A stretch of DNA of 64,000 bases from an uncultured Verrucomicrobiae bacterium (GTDB taxonomy: Bacteria > Verrucomicrobiota > Verrucomicrobiia > Chthoniobacterales > JAATET01), in the NCBI GenBank assembly GCA_963719495.1, contig CAVRCI010000002.1:576001-640000 (forward strand), given 5' to 3'. Below are positions 31,338-41,172 of the stretch, piece by piece. The position numbers and the translations under genes were made by a program. Each line of letters starts with the position of its first letter. Position 1 is the first letter of the stretch. Under the pieces are notes generated by a model. It was not told where the DNA came from, did not search any database, and worked only from the letters and a program-made list of their open reading frames with translations.

Positions 31338-32531
31338 TCAGTTGGCCCCTTTGAAAACGGGGCCGCCGGTGACGTAATCGACCGGCGTTTCTTCGGTGAT
31401 GGTCAGGCGGGTATCGGAGGTGCGGAAGAGGGGGTACTTCGGAATGCCGAGGCTGTTCTTGGAGTAGCGGACACCAATTTTGTCCGATTCGATCGTCAGG
31501 AACGCGCTGAAGCCCCCGCCGGGTGTCTCGCCGACGAGGATGTCGAGCGCGATGACCTGGCCTTTCGTGAGGCTGAGCCAATCACCGGGTCGGAAGAGGA
31601 ATTTCGTGCGTCCGTAAATGACGTCTTCGGAGGCGTCGGCGGGTTTCCACGCGACGGTGCCGCTGGTATTCGCCGGCTTCGACCCATCGAGCACCGGTCG
31701 CCCATCGACGAACACCACCAACAGGTTGTCCGCCGTCCCCGCGAAACGATAACGCCCCGTCTCGGGAACGGTGACCTTGCCGGAGTAGTGGACGAACCAG
31801 TAGCGGCCCTCGGAGTCGACCCCGAATTCCTTCGGCGCGGCGATGGCTTCCATTTGGGGGAAGAAAAACGTTGTGGCGAAAAGCTCCGTATCGGCGCGGA
31901 AGAAATCCTTCATCTTCGAGGGATTCAATCCGCTGTCCGTGAAAGCGCGGATCGCCCTCGTGAAGCTCTTGTTGGCGCTGTCGTTGCCCATTTCCGAACC
32001 TTTTACGGATTGCCCGATGTCGGTGAGCCCCCCTTGCCGACGTCGCTTCAGATCGTAGAAGACGCCGCGCAAGCCTTGGGGATTGTAGGTCGATGCCCCG
32101 AAGAATCCGCCCGCGCCCCCGCCGCTTCCGCCGCCCGTGCCGCCGGCTCCCGAGACCATGCCGCTCACGTCGGCGGCGGCAATGGACGAGGGGTCGAACT
32201 CCACCACCTCCGCGACGTCCGCCATTGGCACGTCCGGAAGCGCGAAGTCCATCTCGCGCAGGCTGGCCAGTTTCTGGTCGAGCACCGGTTTCTTGGCGGC
32301 GGAATCGAATTCGGCCGCCGCCAGCTTCGGGTCGACGATCTCGGGTGGGATGGCGACGATCTGCTTGGAGACGAACGTTGCCTCGGGCGGCGTGAAGTGC
32401 GCGATGACGACCCAGAGGCCGGCGAAGACGCCGAAAGCCAGGTGCACCACCAAGGCGACTAAGAGGGCTTGGATCAGGAGGCGCTTCTTGCGCCCGCCGG
32501 GATCCTGAGTGGAATCGATGGCTACAGGCAT
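31338..32531 (-). CDS. Membrane-anchored protein with Gly-rich linker and PA14-like C-terminal domain
   Basis: Single N-terminal TM (LLVALVVHLAFG), GAGGTGGGSGGGAGG linker, GLRGVFYD..HYSGKVTVPETGRYRFAGTADNLLVVFVDG. Confidence 0.65.
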   Translation of the reverse strand: MPVAIDSTQDPGGRKKRLLIQALLVALVVHLAFGVFAGLWVVIAHFTPPEATFVSKQIVAIPPEIVDPKLAAAEFDSAAKKPVLDQKLASLREMDFALPDVPMADVAEVVEFDPSSIAAADVSGMVSGAGGTGGGSGGGAGGFFGASTYNPQGLRGVFYDLKRRRQGGLTDIGQSVKGSEMGNDSANKSFTRAIRAFTDSGLNPSKMKDFFRADTELFATTFFFPQMEAIAAPKEFGVDSEGRYWFVHYSGKVTVPETGRYRFAGTADNLLVVFVDGRPVLDGSKPANTSGTVAWKPADASEDVIYGRTKFLFRPGDWLSLTKGQVIALDILVGETPGGGFSAFLTIESDKIGVRYSKNSLGIPKYPLFRTSDTRLTITEETPVDYVTGGPVFKGAN

Positions 32532-32796
32532 CGTTCGAGAAAATGCGAGCTTGAAACTCGGTGGCGCGATCTCCGAGCGAACACGGATGAGGGAGAAAAA
32601 TGGGGGGAAGTCATGGACGACGACCGAGGCGAATCCGCGGGCCGGTTGCTATATCTGATGCAGGTTAATATCGAGCTTCGAGTCGCCAGCGTCAAGTCCG
32701 CCGCTATCGTTCGTGTGCCGAAAAACACGCGTTGGGGCAGTCTGCGGGGAGAGGCGGAGCGGAATTGGATTTTGACAGGTGAGCGAAGATTCGCGA

Positions 32797-32813
32797 CTGA
32801 TCTAAGAGATGTT
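32797..32813. promoter_or_regulatory. Candidate operator overlapping the start of the GH28-like operon
   Basis: Reverse complement AACATCTCTTAGATCAG, 13/14 match to the core of 51222-51240; TTGACA at 32772-32777. Confidence 0.5.
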
Positions 32814-34143
32814 ATTGGAAGAGGCGGTGGATGCGCGGGAGGAAGCCGAGGTCGGCGGGAAGGCGCGCGACGGCGGGGCGACCTCCGGCTTGGAGACCGC
32901 CGAGCTGCAGCAGGCCATCGACGAGGCGGGCGCGGCTGGCGGGGGGACGGTCCGGATTCCGCCGGGTGTACACTGCACCAGCACGCTTCGCTTGCGCAGT
33001 GGCGTCACGCTTTGCATCGAGGCTGGGGCGGTCTTGACCGGGCACGATGACCCGACGACGTATGAATATTTCGGGCAGCACGCGGCCGCGCCGGATCTCC
33101 CGGCGGTTTGGAATCGCTCGCTGATTCTGTGCGATGGCGTCGAGGACGTCACGATCACCGGCGGAGGGGTCATCGACGGGGCGGACGTGTTCGATCCGAA
33201 CGGGGAGGAACGGATGCGGGGGCCGCACACGATCATGCTGCGCGACTGTCGGCGGATTCGGATTCATGGCGTGCGCGTCCGGCGGTCGGCGAATTACGCG
33301 ATCATGTTTTATGACTCCAACGAGGTCGACATCGATGGGGTGACCATCGAAGGCGGTTGGGACGGCGTGCATTTCCGGGGGCAGCCGGGGCGTCCGTGCC
33401 GCGACGTGACGATCAGCAACTGCCGCTTCTACACCGGCGACGACGCGATCGCGGGCTGCTACTGGGCGAACGTCGTGATCACGGGATGCGTTCTCAATTC
33501 GTCCTGCAACGCGATTCGATTGATCGGTCCCGCGACGGGGTTGATCATCCACGATTGTCTCATCTACGGCCCCGGAAGGCATCCGCACCGAACCTTCGAC
33601 AATCACCACGCCCTGGGTGGCATTCTGCTGCAACCCGGTGCGTGGATGGCGACGTCGGGTGAACTGGATGACGTCGTGATCTCGGACGTGACGATGCACC
33701 GGGTGCAGACGGCGTTTCAATTTGTGCTCAAGCCGGGGAATCGAGGCGGGACGATTACGATGAGTCGGGTGGACGCGCACGGTGTCTACTACGCGGCGAG
33801 TTCCGTCGAGAGCTGGGCCGACGCGGCGTTCGAGCGGGTGACGCTGCGGGACATCACCATCGATTGCGAGGAGACGTGCGACGACGGGGAGGCGGATTCG
33901 GAGGTGACGATGCCCCACGTCGGGCTGCGTCCGCTGCCGGCTTGGGGCCTGTATGCGCGCGGCGTGCGGAATCTGTCCTTTGAAAATGTCCGGCTGACCA
34001 TTTCCAAGCGCGCGGTGCAGCCCGCCATCCGCTGCGTCGACGTGGAGCGCCTGACCCTGGATCAATTGCGTCTTCCGTTGGACGTCGACCCGACAGCGGC
34101 GGTCTCCCTGCAGCGGGTCGGCGAATTCGTTCAGCGCGGCTGA
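32809..34143 (+). CDS. GH28-like / right-handed beta-helix glycoside hydrolase
   Basis: LQQAIDEAGAAGGGTVRIPPG, LRLRSGVTL, ITGGGVIDG, DGVHF, GDDAIA. Confidence 0.8.
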   Translation: MLLEEAVDAREEAEVGGKARDGGATSGLETAELQQAIDEAGAAGGGTVRIPPGVHCTSTLRLRSGVTLCIEAGAVLTGHDDPTTYEYFGQHAAAPDLPAVWNRSLILCDGVEDVTITGGGVIDGADVFDPNGEERMRGPHTIMLRDCRRIRIHGVRVRRSANYAIMFYDSNEVDIDGVTIEGGWDGVHFRGQPGRPCRDVTISNCRFYTGDDAIAGCYWANVVITGCVLNSSCNAIRLIGPATGLIIHDCLIYGPGRHPHRTFDNHHALGGILLQPGAWMATSGELDDVVISDVTMHRVQTAFQFVLKPGNRGGTITMSRVDAHGVYYAASSVESWADAAFERVTLRDITIDCEETCDDGEADSEVTMPHVGLRPLPAWGLYARGVRNLSFENVRLTISKRAVQPAIRCVDVERLTLDQLRLPLDVDPTAAVSLQRVGEFVQRG

Positions 34144-34165
34144 CCTTTTTCCTTTTCCGACTCTC

Positions 34166-36145
34166 ATGATTCCGACCGACCCATCCCGCCAGTTTCGTTT
34201 TCAATTTCAGCGCGAGACGGTGCTCGTCGAGCCTTGGGGCTCCGACAGTTTGCGCATCCGGATCACGATCAATCCGGAATTCGCCGACGAGGACTGGGCG
34301 CTCTTGCCGCCGGGCGAGGCGGACGGATTCGAGGCCGGCGCGGAAAGCGCGACCCACGGCGATCTGCGTTTTGGAATGACGCCGAGCAAGAAAGGCTTTC
34401 ACGGCTTCCTGGTGAAGCGCGTCTCCGACGGGGAGGTCCTCCTCGAGGCGGAACCGGTCGCGCGGTTGAAATCCGTCGGTGGAGATTACTGCCGGGCGGA
34501 GTTGCGCCTGCGGGCATTTGACGGCGAAAAACTTTACGGACTCGGGCAACACCCGAACGGTCGCCTCGACCAGAAGGGCTGCGTGATCGATCTCCACCAG
34601 AAGAACACCGAGGTCGCGATTCCGTGGGTGACCAGCAGCCGCGGCTACGGGATGCTGTGGAACCTTCCGGGCACGGGCCGGGTCGAGTTGGCCGAGAATC
34701 TCACTCGCTGGGTCGCGGACTCGGCGAAGCAGATCGACTTGTGGGTCACGACCGCCGCGACGCCAGCGGGGTTGCTGGCGAGTTACGCCGAAGCCACGGG
34801 TCACGCGCCGCGCTTTCCCGATTTTGCCTCGGGATTTTGGCAGTGCAAATTGCGTTACCAGACGCAGGACGAGCTCCTTGCCGTGGCCCGGGAATACGTC
34901 GATCGAGGGCTGCCGATTTCGGTGATCGTGGTCGATTACTTCCATTGGGAAAAGATGGGGGAATGGGGATTCGATCCCGCGTGCTGGCCCGATCCCGCCG
35001 CGATGGTGAGCGAACTGCGTGATCTCGGGATCGAGTTGATGGTATCGGTCTGGCCAACCGTCAACGCGGCGTGCAGTGATTTCGAACGGATGGAAAACGA
35101 GAACCTGCTCGTGCAAACCGAGCGGGGTGTGTCGGCGGTGACCCATTTTCTCGACACGTATCAGGACGACCGCGTCTACCTGCATCATCTCGACCCGACG
35201 AATCCGGACGCTCGAACTTTTCACTACGAAAAAATCCGCGACAACTACCGGAAACACGGCATCCGCGTCTTCTGGCTCGACGCCTGCGAACCCGAGCTCG
35301 ACCCGTTTCACTTCGACAATATCCGCTACCACGCCGGGCCGGGCGAGGCGGTGAGCAGTCTGTTTCCGCGGGGACATCAGCAGGCCTATTTCGACGGACT
35401 GACCGAAGACGGCGAAGAGAGCATCATCACGCTGGGCCGCTCGGCTTGGGCGGGGAGTCAGCGCTTTGGCGCGGCGCTGTGGTCCGGCGACATCGACTCG
35501 ACGTTCGAGTCTCTAACCAAACAAATTCGCGCCGGCTTGAATGTCGCGATGAGCGGATTGCCGTGGTGGTGCACGGATATCGGCGGTTTCACGGGTGGGG
35601 ATATCCGGACTCCGTATTTTCAGGAATTGATCGTGCGGTGGTTTCAATACGGCGTCTTCTGCCCGATCTTCCGCTTGCACGGCGTGCGTCAGCCGGAAAC
35701 CTTCAAGAGCGGCGGGCCGAACGAGGTCTGGGAATTCGGCGACCGCGCCCTCGGCATCATCACGCGGCTGATGAACCTCCGCGAATCCCTGCGCCCCTAC
35801 GTTCACGAGCAGATGGAGGTCGCCAGCGCGAGCGGGCTACCGCCGATGCGCCCGATTTTTGTGGACTACCCCGACGACGAGCGAGCCTGGACGGTCGAGG
35901 ACGCCTTCCTCTTCGGTCCCGACATCCTCGTCGCGCCGATCACTGCCGAAGGCGCGACCGAGCGCGACGTTTATCTACCGGTCGGCGGCGAATGGATCGA
36001 GGTGGCGACGGGCGAATCTTGCGCGGGCGGATCGACGCGCCGCGCCGAGGCCCCGCTCGACGTGCTGCCGCTCTACGTGCGAGCGGCGAGCTGGGAAGCC
36101 CCCGTCGGGCGGGCGCTTGCCGCTTACGCGGCCAGCCAGACGTGA
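34166..36145 (+). CDS. Glycoside hydrolase family 31 (alpha-xylosidase/glucosidase-like)
   Basis: YGLGQH, IVVDYFHW, FWLDACEPE, WSGDI, TDIGGF, FRLHG, FLFGPDILVAP. Confidence 0.92.
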   Translation: MIPTDPSRQFRFQFQRETVLVEPWGSDSLRIRITINPEFADEDWALLPPGEADGFEAGAESATHGDLRFGMTPSKKGFHGFLVKRVSDGEVLLEAEPVARLKSVGGDYCRAELRLRAFDGEKLYGLGQHPNGRLDQKGCVIDLHQKNTEVAIPWVTSSRGYGMLWNLPGTGRVELAENLTRWVADSAKQIDLWVTTAATPAGLLASYAEATGHAPRFPDFASGFWQCKLRYQTQDELLAVAREYVDRGLPISVIVVDYFHWEKMGEWGFDPACWPDPAAMVSELRDLGIELMVSVWPTVNAACSDFERMENENLLVQTERGVSAVTHFLDTYQDDRVYLHHLDPTNPDARTFHYEKIRDNYRKHGIRVFWLDACEPELDPFHFDNIRYHAGPGEAVSSLFPRGHQQAYFDGLTEDGEESIITLGRSAWAGSQRFGAALWSGDIDSTFESLTKQIRAGLNVAMSGLPWWCTDIGGFTGGDIRTPYFQELIVRWFQYGVFCPIFRLHGVRQPETFKSGGPNEVWEFGDRALGIITRLMNLRESLRPYVHEQMEVASASGLPPMRPIFVDYPDDERAWTVEDAFLFGPDILVAPITAEGATERDVYLPVGGEWIEVATGESCAGGSTRRAEAPLDVLPLYVRAASWEAPVGRALAAYAASQT

Positions 36146-38790
36146 GGCTGGCGGTCGCCGCGCTCGTGGGCTGGGCGGGCGCATTCAGCGCGGTCGGCCA
36201 ACCTGCCTATCGCGCCGAGCAATTCGTGGAATCTCTCGGTCTGGCGGCGGCCCCCTTCGACCGGTATCTGGACAGCGGCGCCTTCGCCGGAGCCGGGACG
36301 AAGTTTAAACCGGAGACCTTCTTCGATCTCGGGATCCGCTACTACCGGATGGGGCTGCGCAACGACCTGGTCGCCGAAGACCAGCCGGAACGTGTCGCCG
36401 AATGGTGGACCCGCACCGGCGCGAGGCCGTTGCTCCTCGTCGATCCGCGCAAGTCCGGCACCATCGGGATCGACGGCGGGGCGGACGGAGATTTTTCAGA
36501 CCTCGTCGCGGATCTCCGGCGCTATCCGCCCGGTAGCCTCGCGGGCGTGGAAGGTCCGAACGAGGTGAACAACAAATTCCCGCCGCAGGACCTTAATCTC
36601 GACTATCGCGGTCTCACCGACGAAGCGGCGGGAGCGCTCTACCAGCGCGACCTGTGGGCCGCCCTCCGAGCCGATCCCGCCACGCGCGACCTCCCGATCA
36701 TCGCCTTCACCGCCATTTTCACCGACTACCGGTTGGCCCACCCGTGCGACGCCTTCGACTTTGCGAACGTGCACTCGTATCAAGGCGCTGATGTGCCGTC
36801 GTCGTCGCTGCTGATGAACGTCACGCGCTTCAATCGAATTCTCCCCGTCGGCGCGACGATCCGACCGTTTCAGCCCACCGAGGCTGGCTACAACGTCGAG
36901 GAGGACGTCAGCAATGGACAGGGCTACGCCGGCTCTCGACGCGCGCAGGCGCTCAATATCCCGATGCTCTTCGCGGAGTATTTCCGCCACGGCATCCCGC
37001 GCACCTACCTCTTCGCGCTGCACAATGCCGACGGCTACGGACTCCTCGAATCGGATCAGACGACGAAACGCCCCAGCTGGTATGCCGTCCAATCGCTCGT
37101 TCGTCTGCTCGCCGATGCCCAGTGGGATTCCGCTGCCCACGCTTGGAAGGGCGGGCGTGACTTCTACCTGCGGGCTCTGCGTTTCGAGATCGAAGGTGCG
37201 CCCGAGACCGTGCATTCCCTCACGCTTCAGAAGGAGGACGGCGACTGGTATCTTCTGCTTTGGAACGAACTGCCGAACCTCCGCGTCGGACGCGACGCCG
37301 AGAATCCGCCCGCTCCGGCGACGCTCCGCTTCGCCGCCGGCACGCCCGTCGAGTGCCTCGGGCTTTTTGCGCAAGGGGCGATTACCGACGACGCGACGAG
37401 CGGCGCATTCCAGCAGGTCACCCCCGTGCCTTCGATGGACGGTTCCGCCCTCCGCGTCGCGGTTCCGTCACGTGTGCTCGTTCTCCGACTTCGCCCGACC
37501 GTTTCCGTCCTCACAAAGCGCCCGCCGGTCGCGCCCAGCCGCGTCGACGGGTCGGCGACCGAGAATACGGTGACCGTGCGCGCGGAGTTCCCGGCGGAGC
37601 CTGACGTCGCCGAGGTTCTCTTTTTTCGGAACGATCATTTCGTCGCCTCGTTGCCGCCAGCGCGTCAGGTCGAGTTCATCGACGACTCGGCCTGGATTCA
37701 ACCCGGCCTCGGCTACCGCTACGCGATCCGCACGGTCGCCGCGGACGGACGCCTTTCGCCCCCTGTGGAGCGGATCATCATCACCCCCGATCAGCGACCC
37801 GACCTGGTGGTCGGGCGGTTTGGTCCGATCGGCACGCCAGGCTCTCCGATTCGCGTTGGCGACCAAGTCGAGTTTGATGGTGAAGTTCGCAACGTGGGCG
37901 ACGGCGCGACGCCTCATCCGAGTGAGCTGGGAGCGGGGCTGTACAATGGCTCGATCGGGATCACGTTTCGTGTCGATGACCAAGTCGTCAGCTGGGGAGG
38001 GAAGTCGGGTCCGTTCGAGGCGGGCGAGTCCCGCGTCTTCGTGGGAACCGGCGGCCCGGCGGCCGCGCCCCGCTGGACCGCGTCCGCCGGCACGCACGTC
38101 CTGCGTGCGGAGGTCGACGACGTCAACCGCATCGCGAGCGAGCGAATCAAGTCGAACAACGTGACGTCCCGTTCGATCACGGTCGGCGACTATCCCGGTC
38201 GCCTCGAGATCGAGTCCCGCCCGTCTTTGTCCGCAGTCGATCTGTCGAGCGAGGGCTCGTTGGACTGGGTGCATTTCGGCGGTTGGCGCGACAAGGGAAA
38301 AACGTCGCGGCGCGGATCGGTCGATCCGCTCATCGGTCCAGTCGAACCGGTCGGTGAAGGGTTTGTCTCGGTGACCGGGGGGTCGCCCGTGCCGCTCGAC
38401 TGGCGCGGCGGCGATGGGCTCGATCGGGCGGTCGGGAATCACGCTGGGTTGTGGGGCAACAACGTCGGGGTCGGCTTCGCGTTCGAAGTCGCGGCCGCGA
38501 GCGAGGACCGAGTGCTTCGGATCTACGTCTCCGGGATCAACGGAGCGCGCGGGATCTTTCGAGCCTCGCTATCGGACGATTCCTCACCCGATATCGTCGA
38601 CGTGACGTGGGACGGGAATCGCGGAACCGATTGGGCGCCCGTTCCCGGTGATTTTTCCGCTGTTTACACCGTCCGGTTTCACGCGGCGTCTCCCGGGGCC
38701 AAGTTGCGCGTCAGTTGGGGACTTGAGTCCGAGCCGAACCGCTTCGTCGGCCAGATTCGCATGCAGGCAGCCACTCTCTCGACTCCGTAA
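36142..38790 (+). CDS. Secreted clan GH-A hydrolase with Fn3-like and CARDB-like domains
   Basis: GTG start overlapping the GH31 stop; VEGPNE, ANVHSY, PTEAGY; PDLVV..VRNVG..GTHVLRAEVDDVNRIASE..SNN (CARDB). Confidence 0.75.
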   Translation: MRLAVAALVGWAGAFSAVGQPAYRAEQFVESLGLAAAPFDRYLDSGAFAGAGTKFKPETFFDLGIRYYRMGLRNDLVAEDQPERVAEWWTRTGARPLLLVDPRKSGTIGIDGGADGDFSDLVADLRRYPPGSLAGVEGPNEVNNKFPPQDLNLDYRGLTDEAAGALYQRDLWAALRADPATRDLPIIAFTAIFTDYRLAHPCDAFDFANVHSYQGADVPSSSLLMNVTRFNRILPVGATIRPFQPTEAGYNVEEDVSNGQGYAGSRRAQALNIPMLFAEYFRHGIPRTYLFALHNADGYGLLESDQTTKRPSWYAVQSLVRLLADAQWDSAAHAWKGGRDFYLRALRFEIEGAPETVHSLTLQKEDGDWYLLLWNELPNLRVGRDAENPPAPATLRFAAGTPVECLGLFAQGAITDDATSGAFQQVTPVPSMDGSALRVAVPSRVLVLRLRPTVSVLTKRPPVAPSRVDGSATENTVTVRAEFPAEPDVAEVLFFRNDHFVASLPPARQVEFIDDSAWIQPGLGYRYAIRTVAADGRLSPPVERIIITPDQRPDLVVGRFGPIGTPGSPIRVGDQVEFDGEVRNVGDGATPHPSELGAGLYNGSIGITFRVDDQVVSWGGKSGPFEAGESRVFVGTGGPAAAPRWTASAGTHVLRAEVDDVNRIASERIKSNNVTSRSITVGDYPGRLEIESRPSLSAVDLSSEGSLDWVHFGGWRDKGKTSRRGSVDPLIGPVEPVGEGFVSVTGGSPVPLDWRGGDGLDRAVGNHAGLWGNNVGVGFAFEVAAASEDRVLRIYVSGINGARGIFRASLSDDSSPDIVDVTWDGNRGTDWAPVPGDFSAVYTVRFHAASPGAKLRVSWGLESEPNRFVGQIRMQAATLSTP

Positions 38791-38826
38791 TCACTCCGGC
38801 GGAAGCGAGCCGGTCCGCGGGTCGGT

Positions 38827-39981
38827 TCACTGAATTTTGACCCCTTCGAGGGGGGCAAGGAGTCTCCACGCGGGCCGGGTGATTGGAGACGCTAGTGTCG
38901 GGACAGCCTTCAGCTGATCGGGGAGCATCGTCTTCATCCGATGCGATAACCATCCGCAGAAGTGATCCGCTAGCGGCTTGATCTGTTCGAGCGGCCACCG
39001 TTCGTCTCCGCGGGTGAAAGGACCGAGGTAGGTGTGAGCGCGGATCAGCCGCGACGTTTCCTCACTGTCCGGATCAATGAGATCGGGATCCACTGCGAAC
39101 GCCACCGACGCCGCCGCGACGAGCGCGGCCAGATTGAAAATACTGTAACCGAGCGACAGAGTCCGGCTTTCCTCGTGTGGCTGGCGGCCATCGACGGAGA
39201 TGTGGGCAAGAATCCGCGCCCGGGTCCATGATTCCCACTGCTCGACGACGAGATCGTCCCGCCCGGTGAACCGCGCAAATGCCATCACCTGAGCGTCGAA
39301 CCACGAGCCATGATTATTGTGCTCCCGCTCTTCCGCGAGTCCATGCGCGCTGGTCCGAAACCAATTGAGGTACTCCGAGAACCAGTCGCGAAGACCGCTC
39401 TGATCGTCCGTCGACCATTCGCCGGACTCGGCCAGCAGCGGCACCAGATCGAGAAGAAATGCGCAGTCTTCGGTCTCGATCAATCCGATCCCCCTCCCGT
39501 TGCAGCGACCGGGTATGTGTTGGGCATATTCCAAGTGCGGGTTCATGCGCGTTGCGGGGTCGATAAACCACGTCCTCAGCCAATGCGCCGCAGTCTGGAA
39601 CGAGGCGGTATCTCCGGTCAGCCAACCGTGCACGATGAGGGTCGAGCAGCCGGAGGTGAGGAGGCCGAAGCGGGGTCGGTCGAACTTCTCGACATCCGGA
39701 TTTACCTGCCCGTCGCGCCGTATGTAGGGAAGTCCGTCTGAACTGTCGGGATCGGGCCACCAATATTTTCCAAGGCTGTTGTAATCGTTCGTCTTGCCGC
39801 TGGGCGCGACGAAAGCCGCAGGTTTTGCAGTCACCGTGGGCGCCTTGATTTTCCGAAAGGCAGCGGCGCGATTTCCGATCTCCTTTCGCCTTTCAAGTTG
39901 ATCCTGCGAGCGCAGATCGTGCCATTCGTTCGGATTCGAAAAAATCGTCGGACACGGGCAGGGGGGAGTCGAGGTCATCAT
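38827..39981 (-). CDS. Alginate lyase family protein (PL5-like alpha/alpha toroid)
   Basis: DYNSLGKYWWPDP, PYIRRDGQVNP, RMNPHLEYAQ, GRGIGLIE, HNNHGSWFD, YSIFNL. Confidence 0.88.
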   Translation of the reverse strand: MMTSTPPCPCPTIFSNPNEWHDLRSQDQLERRKEIGNRAAAFRKIKAPTVTAKPAAFVAPSGKTNDYNSLGKYWWPDPDSSDGLPYIRRDGQVNPDVEKFDRPRFGLLTSGCSTLIVHGWLTGDTASFQTAAHWLRTWFIDPATRMNPHLEYAQHIPGRCNGRGIGLIETEDCAFLLDLVPLLAESGEWSTDDQSGLRDWFSEYLNWFRTSAHGLAEEREHNNHGSWFDAQVMAFARFTGRDDLVVEQWESWTRARILAHISVDGRQPHEESRTLSLGYSIFNLAALVAAASVAFAVDPDLIDPDSEETSRLIRAHTYLGPFTRGDERWPLEQIKPLADHFCGWLSHRMKTMLPDQLKAVPTLASPITRPAWRLLAPLEGVKIQ

Positions 39982-40229
39982 CCTTTCATAGGGTGATGCA
40001 ACTGATATTTCAACTCCCGTCGGCGCGATCGAATCGTTCGATTTTTATGAGAGCGCCGAAAGGCCGAGACGGATGGATCTAAGTTTCCGGTGGAGAATCG
40101 CGTTTCGTCGGGGAATTTTGACTGAGGCTCCTATCCAGCGGCAACGGATGGGGCATGACGGGAAAGTCACTCGGGAGAAAGACCTGAGTCATTTTGTCGA
40201 AAGAGTGTATCGGTTTCTGTGCATTTTGG

Positions 40230-40620
40230 CTCTGACTGCGAAAAGTTCACAACGTCGAGCCGAGATTTTTGGACAAATGAACGAGATCCGTATGATGGAG
40301 GCGGGTAAGGTGTGCGAGATGCGGCGGGAGCCCAGTTCTGGAGCGCCTCGCATTTACCACAATCACCAGTATTGAAAGGATGGGCGCAACCACTCGTGCT
40401 ACGTGGAGGCTGGGCAGGCAGCGGGCCTGACGCAAGCCATCGAGGGGCGTCGGCAGTTCGAGGCGTTGGCCAGCGAGTTTGTGGAGGTCACCGTGGCCGA
40501 GACCCGACAGGCGCAATCCGAGTGAAAAAAAGCTCTCCGTCGAAATCCAACAGGCACAACGAAGCGAAGCGGAAGACTTCCTAGCAGAAGTGCGGTGTCG
40601 GCTTGGAGTTCATCGAGACA
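40230..40620 (+). pseudogene. Remnant of an IS-associated accessory gene (DUF6788-like, seen beside ISKra4-type transposases)
   Basis: IFGQMNEIRMMEAGKV..YHNHQY*KDGRNHSCYV..AIEGRRQFEALASEFVEVT..*KK with in-frame stops; no intact transposase follows. Confidence 0.5.
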
Positions 40621-40779
40621 GGTCGGCGGAGTGCGGTTCACCGGGATGCGGCGGCGATGCTCACGGCCGGGCTCAATGACTACTTCAGGGCGAGTCGTGC
40701 GCGCTTTGCTCTCTCTGGGCGAAGTCTTCCCACCCGCCGTAAGCATGGTTGAGAACGCCCATGATGCCCATGACCGGGG

Positions 40780-41098
40780 AGCCGCACCCCGCTCAGCCAC
40801 GGAAAAATGTATTGGAACTCGTGGCGATCGATCCCGGCGGCGCCCTGACCGTCCTCGATTTGAATCAGCACGAGCCGCGGGTCCTCGTTCTCGACCGCAA
40901 CGCGCAGAACGAAGAAGAGCGTCGACTTCGGATGGAACGGGTAGGGCGTTCCCACGAATTGCGGTCGGTTGTTTAAAAAATCTGCCAATTCGCGAATCCG
41001 GCGTCCTGCCGGATTTCGGATCCGCCCGTCCCAATCCCGCCCAGGGCCATTCCGGATCGTGGGAGCTGGGATCGGTGCGTGGTGAGGGAATGCGGCAT
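40780..41098 (-). pseudogene. GH116-like glycoside hydrolase, N-terminal remnant
   Basis: SGMALGGIGTGGSEIRQDAGFANWQIF, frameshift, then NNRP..FFVLRV..YIFPWLSGV; truncated. Confidence 0.65.
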
Positions 41099-41172
41099 AC
41101 GAACGGACGGTGGGCGGAGCGAGTCTCCTTTCCGAGCCGTCCGGCGGGACAATGCCAACCGGAACTAGGCCG

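Noticed and set aside
32641..32672. AT-rich TATC-containing stretch upstream of the PA14-like gene
   Set aside because: Does not keep the 9-bp ATC spacing; may be promoter DNA but cannot be called an operator
35446..36141. N-terminal 232 aa of the 1114-aa ORF
   Set aside because: Overlaps GH31 in another frame and is Arg-rich noise; the real start is most likely GTG 36142
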